Of a DNA stretch of 32,814 bases, positions 29,627 through 32,814 are shown piece by piece; the first letter of the stretch is position 1; every line of letters begins with the position of its first letter. The notes beneath the pieces are model-generated. The model did not search any database, was not told where the DNA came from, and saw only the letters and a program-made list of their open reading frames with translations. Where the stretch lies: positions 1 to 32,814 of the forward strand of contig JBNGDF010000015.1 in NCBI GenBank assembly GCA_049975265.1, read 5' to 3'. The DNA comes from Fidelibacterota bacterium. Lineage in GTDB: Bacteria > Fidelibacterota > UBA2242. The translations under genes and the position numbers were made by a program.

Positions 29627-30982
29627 CTAATTTGAGAGTGACGTAAAATAGGTAATAAACGGCGCGGCAGTCTGCTGGGCGAGATCAACAGTATTTGCTT
29701 CGGCGTAGATACGGATTATCGGCTCCGTATTTGACGACCGCAGATGCACCCAGCGGTCGTTCCAGATGAATTTAATTCCATCCTGAAGGTCGATTCTATC
29801 TGGATCAGCCAGTTTTTTTAAATCCTCAATTACATCGTAAAGTTCCAAATTCCCCCTCGGAACCCGCTCTTTTATCATTACATAGCGGGGTAAATTCTGC
29901 ATCAATCGCGACAACGGGACCGCTTCTTCTGCCAGGAGCTGCAAAATCAGTGCAGCTGCCACCAGCGAATCCCGCCCAAGATGGGCTTCGGGTAACAGCA
30001 CACCGCCGTTTCCCTCGCCCCCGATGGCGGCATCAATCTCCCGCATCTTTTTTGCCACATTGATCTCGCCGACGGCAGTGCGGACCACGGAAGCCCCGAA
30101 TTCCCGGGCAACATCCTCCACCGCCATAGTCGTAGAGAGATTCGTCACGACTTTCTGATCAAGATGCGGAAATTTCGACAGTACCAGCTTCGCCGCCAGC
30201 ACCAGGGTGTATTCCTCCGAAATTGGTTCGCCGAGATCTGACACGACAGCCAGCCTGTCTCCGTCGGGATCAATGGCAAAACCGAGGTCGGCTCCGGATT
30301 GTTCAACCGCCCGATTCAGTTCTGTCAGATTCTCCGGTAACGGCTCCGGATTCCGCGGAAAGGGGTGATCTGCATTGCAATTCAGCTCAATCACCTCGCA
30401 GCCCAGGCGCCGCAGAAGTTCGGGTACGGCACGATAAGCAGCACCGTTGACGGCATCGACAACAATTTTGAATCCGGCAGTACGAATCAGCGATTCATCC
30501 AGATACGGCAGTGCCAGCACTGCTTCAATATGATCGTCAACCGCGCGATGATAGGTTTCAATTGCACCATTACCCTTTCGAACAGAAACTTCTTTATGTA
30601 ATTCAATTCTCCGCTCTTTCAATTGTCTCATCTGCCCGGCATCCAGAAAAATTCCGTCGCTCCCGATGAATTTCAAACCGTTCCAGGGCAGCGGATTATG
30701 GCTGGCAGTAATGACAATACCACCGGCGGCTTGCTGATCTTCCACCGCATACTGAACAGTGGGCGTCGGGCAGATGCCAAGATCGACAGCCGTTCTGCCG
30801 GCATTTTTCAACGCATTCAGAAGAGCGCTTTTAATCGGAATACCGTTTTGGCGGGTATCGCGTCCCACCAGTATTTTGCCCGGCTGGCACACCCCCGCAA
30901 AGGCGTAAGCATAGGCGCAAATAAAACTCTCCGTCAATTCGGACTCGGTTCCCCGAACACCTGACAGGCTTTCAATCAACAT
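29627..30982 (-). CDS. glmM: Phosphoglucosamine mutase / phosphomannomutase-family phosphohexomutase
   Basis: SGVRG, GRDTR, ITASHNP (phospho-Ser), DPDGDR, GGEGNGG, RSSNTEP. ATG at 30982 with GGAG. Exact substrate not certain. Confidence 0.85.
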   Translation of the reverse strand: MLIESLSGVRGTESELTESFICAYAYAFAGVCQPGKILVGRDTRQNGIPIKSALLNALKNAGRTAVDLGICPTPTVQYAVEDQQAAGGIVITASHNPLPWNGLKFIGSDGIFLDAGQMRQLKERRIELHKEVSVRKGNGAIETYHRAVDDHIEAVLALPYLDESLIRTAGFKIVVDAVNGAAYRAVPELLRRLGCEVIELNCNADHPFPRNPEPLPENLTELNRAVEQSGADLGFAIDPDGDRLAVVSDLGEPISEEYTLVLAAKLVLSKFPHLDQKVVTNLSTTMAVEDVAREFGASVVRTAVGEINVAKKMREIDAAIGGEGNGGVLLPEAHLGRDSLVAAALILQLLAEEAVPLSRLMQNLPRYVMIKERVPRGNLELYDVIEDLKKLADPDRIDLQDGIKFIWNDRWVHLRSSNTEPIIRIYAEANTVDLAQQTAAPFITYFTSLSN

Positions 30983-30997
30983 GCAATCTCTCCAGAC

Positions 30998-31027
30998 AAA
31001 AAATCCAACCAAATGGATTGGTGGATT
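30998..31027 (-). terminator. Possible terminator after the sigma factor-rpsU pair
   Basis: Minus strand shows an imperfect hairpin AATCCACCAA...TTGGTTGGATT followed by a T run. Confidence 0.5.
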
Positions 31028-31066
31028 GGTGACGTGGTATCAACAGTCCTTCTGCTCCGGCAACCA

Positions 31067-31264
31067 TCAGCGCCTCGGCTGACGGGCATCACGGGCATGG
31101 CGTTTTCTGGCTTTCGCCTGTTTCATCCGTCTTTCTGTGCTGGGCTTCATGTAATGGGCATTCTTCTTGAGGTCTTTTAAAATCCCGGCTTTTTCGAATT
31201 TCTTTTTAAACCGTCGTAATGCCTTCTCCAGCGGCTCGTTATTTCGGACAGTAATCTGAATCAT
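31067..31264 (-). CDS. rpsU: 30S ribosomal protein S21
   Basis: EPLEKALRRFKKKFEKAGIL...YMKPS..RR; 65-aa basic protein. Confidence 0.95.
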   Translation of the reverse strand: MIQITVRNNEPLEKALRRFKKKFEKAGILKDLKKNAHYMKPSTERRMKQAKARKRHARDARQPRR

Positions 31265-31277
31265 TCAATAAATTATT

Positions 31278-32114
31278 TTAACCTAAATATGCCCGCAATT
31301 TATGACTGCGCGACTTGTGACGCAAACGCCGGATCGCCTTTTCCTTAATCTGCCGGACTCTTTCCCGTGTTAGATTAAATTCTTCACCAATCTCGTTTAA
31401 CGTCAGTGCGTAATCACGGTCGATACCGAAATACATCTTGATCACTTCCCGTTCACGCTCCTTCAACGTCCCCAACGCCGACCGGATTTCCTGCTTTAGC
31501 GATTCACCCATCAGATGGTAGTCGGGGGTCGGCTGAGCATCGTCGCTGATGACATCAATCAATGAATTTTTCTCACCGTCCCGAAAGGGTGCATTCAGGG
31601 AGTGATGCCGCCGCGAGATCCGAATTGCATCGGAAACTTCGTCGGTTTTCATGTCCAGTCCTTCGGCGATCTCATCCTGGCTGGGCGCCCGCTCATGTTG
31701 TCGTTCCAGCACTTCAGCCTCTTTGGTAATTTTTCCAATCGTACCGACCCGGTTGAGTGGTAGCCGCACAATCCGCGAATGTTCCGCCAATGCCTGCAGG
31801 ATGGACTGGCGGATCCACCAGACGGCATAGGAAATAAATTTGAAACCACGGGTTTCGTCAAAGCGTTCAGCGGCTTTTATCAGCCCTAAATTACCCTCAT
31901 TAATCAGATCGGTCAGTGGAAGTCCCTGCCCCTGATAATCCTTGGCAACACTGACGACAAACCGCAAATTGCATTCGGTCAGTTTCTTCAGCGCCTCGCG
32001 GTCACCTTTCTTTACCCGCTGGGCAAGCTCAACCTCCTCTTCGGGACTCAGGGGATTATACTTCCCGATTTCCTCCAGATATTTGCTCAGTGCTCTATTG
32101 GAATCAGATGCCAT
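31278..32114 (-). CDS. rpoD: RpoD/SigA-family sigma-70 factor, short FCB-type lacking region 1.1
   Basis: [64 protein letters not shown]. Confidence 0.9.
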   Translation of the reverse strand: MASDSNRALSKYLEEIGKYNPLSPEEEVELAQRVKKGDREALKKLTECNLRFVVSVAKDYQGQGLPLTDLINEGNLGLIKAAERFDETRGFKFISYAVWWIRQSILQALAEHSRIVRLPLNRVGTIGKITKEAEVLERQHERAPSQDEIAEGLDMKTDEVSDAIRISRRHHSLNAPFRDGEKNSLIDVISDDAQPTPDYHLMGESLKQEIRSALGTLKEREREVIKMYFGIDRDYALTLNEIGEEFNLTRERVRQIKEKAIRRLRHKSRSHKLRAYLG

Positions 32115-32175
32115 CTAACACATTTCCTGAGTTTGCGATCCACATTTTGTCTCATTTCCCTCCATCGGCAGTTTT

Positions 32176-32204
32176 AAGATACACTTTTTTAGTTATTTTG
32201 TCAA
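32176..32204 (-). promoter_or_regulatory. Putative sigma-70 promoter of the sigma factor-rpsU operon
   Basis: Minus strand TTGACA - 17 nt - TATCTT, about 60 nt upstream of the ATG. Confidence 0.6.
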
Positions 32205-32224
32205 CAAAGCCGGCGACATTAAAC

Positions 32225-32253
32225 TTGACTTTATTTCTATGATAAAATAACTT
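32225..32253 (+). promoter_or_regulatory. Possible divergent promoter for the DUF202-like gene
   Basis: TTGACT - 17 nt - TAACTT on the plus strand. Confidence 0.35.
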
Positions 32254-32288
32254 AGCAGGCTTTTTCATCCGATCGAACGACCTGATAA

Positions 32289-32597
32289 ATGGATGTGGTA
32301 ACCAAAGAAGAAACAGCATCCAATTCAACCGTTCTGGAACATTCAACTGATATGAATAAAATCACCGATTTAGCGATAATTCGAACTCATCTGGCTAACG
32401 AGCGAATACTTTTGGCATACATCCGAACTGCGCTGGCGTTCGTGATGCTGGGTCTGGGAATAATCAGGCTGTTCGATGGTGACATCTATCTGCGGGTTGG
32501 CGAGATTGGCATCGTGATCGGCAGCATCGTTTTTATTATCGGCGCCATTCATTTTCTACGGGAACGAGGCACCATCAGACGGATAAATACCGATTAA
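32289..32597 (+). CDS. DUF202 (YidH-like) small inner-membrane protein
   Basis: RTHLANER.LLAYIRTAL motif followed by two hydrophobic helices. Start uncertain (32289 or 32352). Confidence 0.8.
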   Translation: MDVVTKEETASNSTVLEHSTDMNKITDLAIIRTHLANERILLAYIRTALAFVMLGLGIIRLFDGDIYLRVGEIGIVIGSIVFIIGAIHFLRERGTIRRINTD

Positions 32598-32663
32598 TTG
32601 ATAAGCGATGATAAATTTTTAGACGGTGATCCTCCGGGAGCTTCCAGGCAACCGATTCGTCGC

Positions 32664-32814
32664 GAAAGTCGCCGGTTCTTTTCAAAATTGATTCTTCTTA
32701 TACGGGGCATAGCCCCGATCTTTCGGGATAAACTCCGTCCGGTTAGCGCGTCCCGACCTGTCGGGAAAGTCGCCGGTTCTTTTCAAAATTGATTCTTCTT
32801 ATACGGGGCATAGC
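32664..32814. repeat. Direct repeat of at least 50 bp (101-bp period) with a palindrome-rich spacer; runs off the window
   Basis: GAAAGTCGCCGGTTCTTTTCAAAATTGATTCTTCTTATACGGGGCATAGC occurs exactly at 32664-32713 and 32765-32814. Confidence 0.9.

Noticed and set aside
29617..29688. N-terminal extension of deoC
   Set aside because: Overlaps the end of glmM. ATG at 29616 gives a normal-length DeoC.
32598..32792. 64-aa ORF at the window end
   Set aside because: Runs through the repeat and palindrome region, with a TTG start and no clear RBS or motif.
32664..32814. CRISPR array
   Set aside because: Only two copies are visible, the repeat is at least 50 bp, the 51-bp spacer is itself palindromic and partly resembles the upstream flank, and no cas genes are present.

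Overview
Bacterial window, probably from a non-Bacteroidota member of the FCB group such as Marinisomatota, KSB1 or Calditrichota. This is inferred from the T9SS-type C-terminal domains, PorV and short FCB-type RpoD, alongside strong AGGAG RBSs and TTGACA-type promoters. The left ~20.6 kb (minus strand, apparently more AT-rich) is an eight-gene cell-surface locus. In transcription order it encodes: a TonB-dependent receptor with Ca-binding-type loop inserts; an uncharacterised protein with a variant CTD; a PorV-family barrel; a beta-propeller/M30-like protein lacking HEXXH; a TPR lipoprotein; a 1088-aa modular CTD protein; a mosaic DNRLRE-like CTD protein; and an S8 subtilase. No SusD-like gene is recognisable. 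The right ~12 kb is mostly housekeeping: clpP, tig, tRNA-Leu(TAG), a cohesin-like CTD protein, secA, nusB, a lipocalin, a small HNH protein, deoC, glmM-like, rpsU, a sigma-70 factor and a DUF202-like protein. It also holds a GTAG-type REP and a 101-bp-period repeat at the window end. The best candidate for an undescribed system is the SusD-less TBDR/variant-CTD/PorV module with protease and pseudo-protease cargo, possibly a protein-scavenging surface complex. All family calls come from motif recognition by eye, not database searches.
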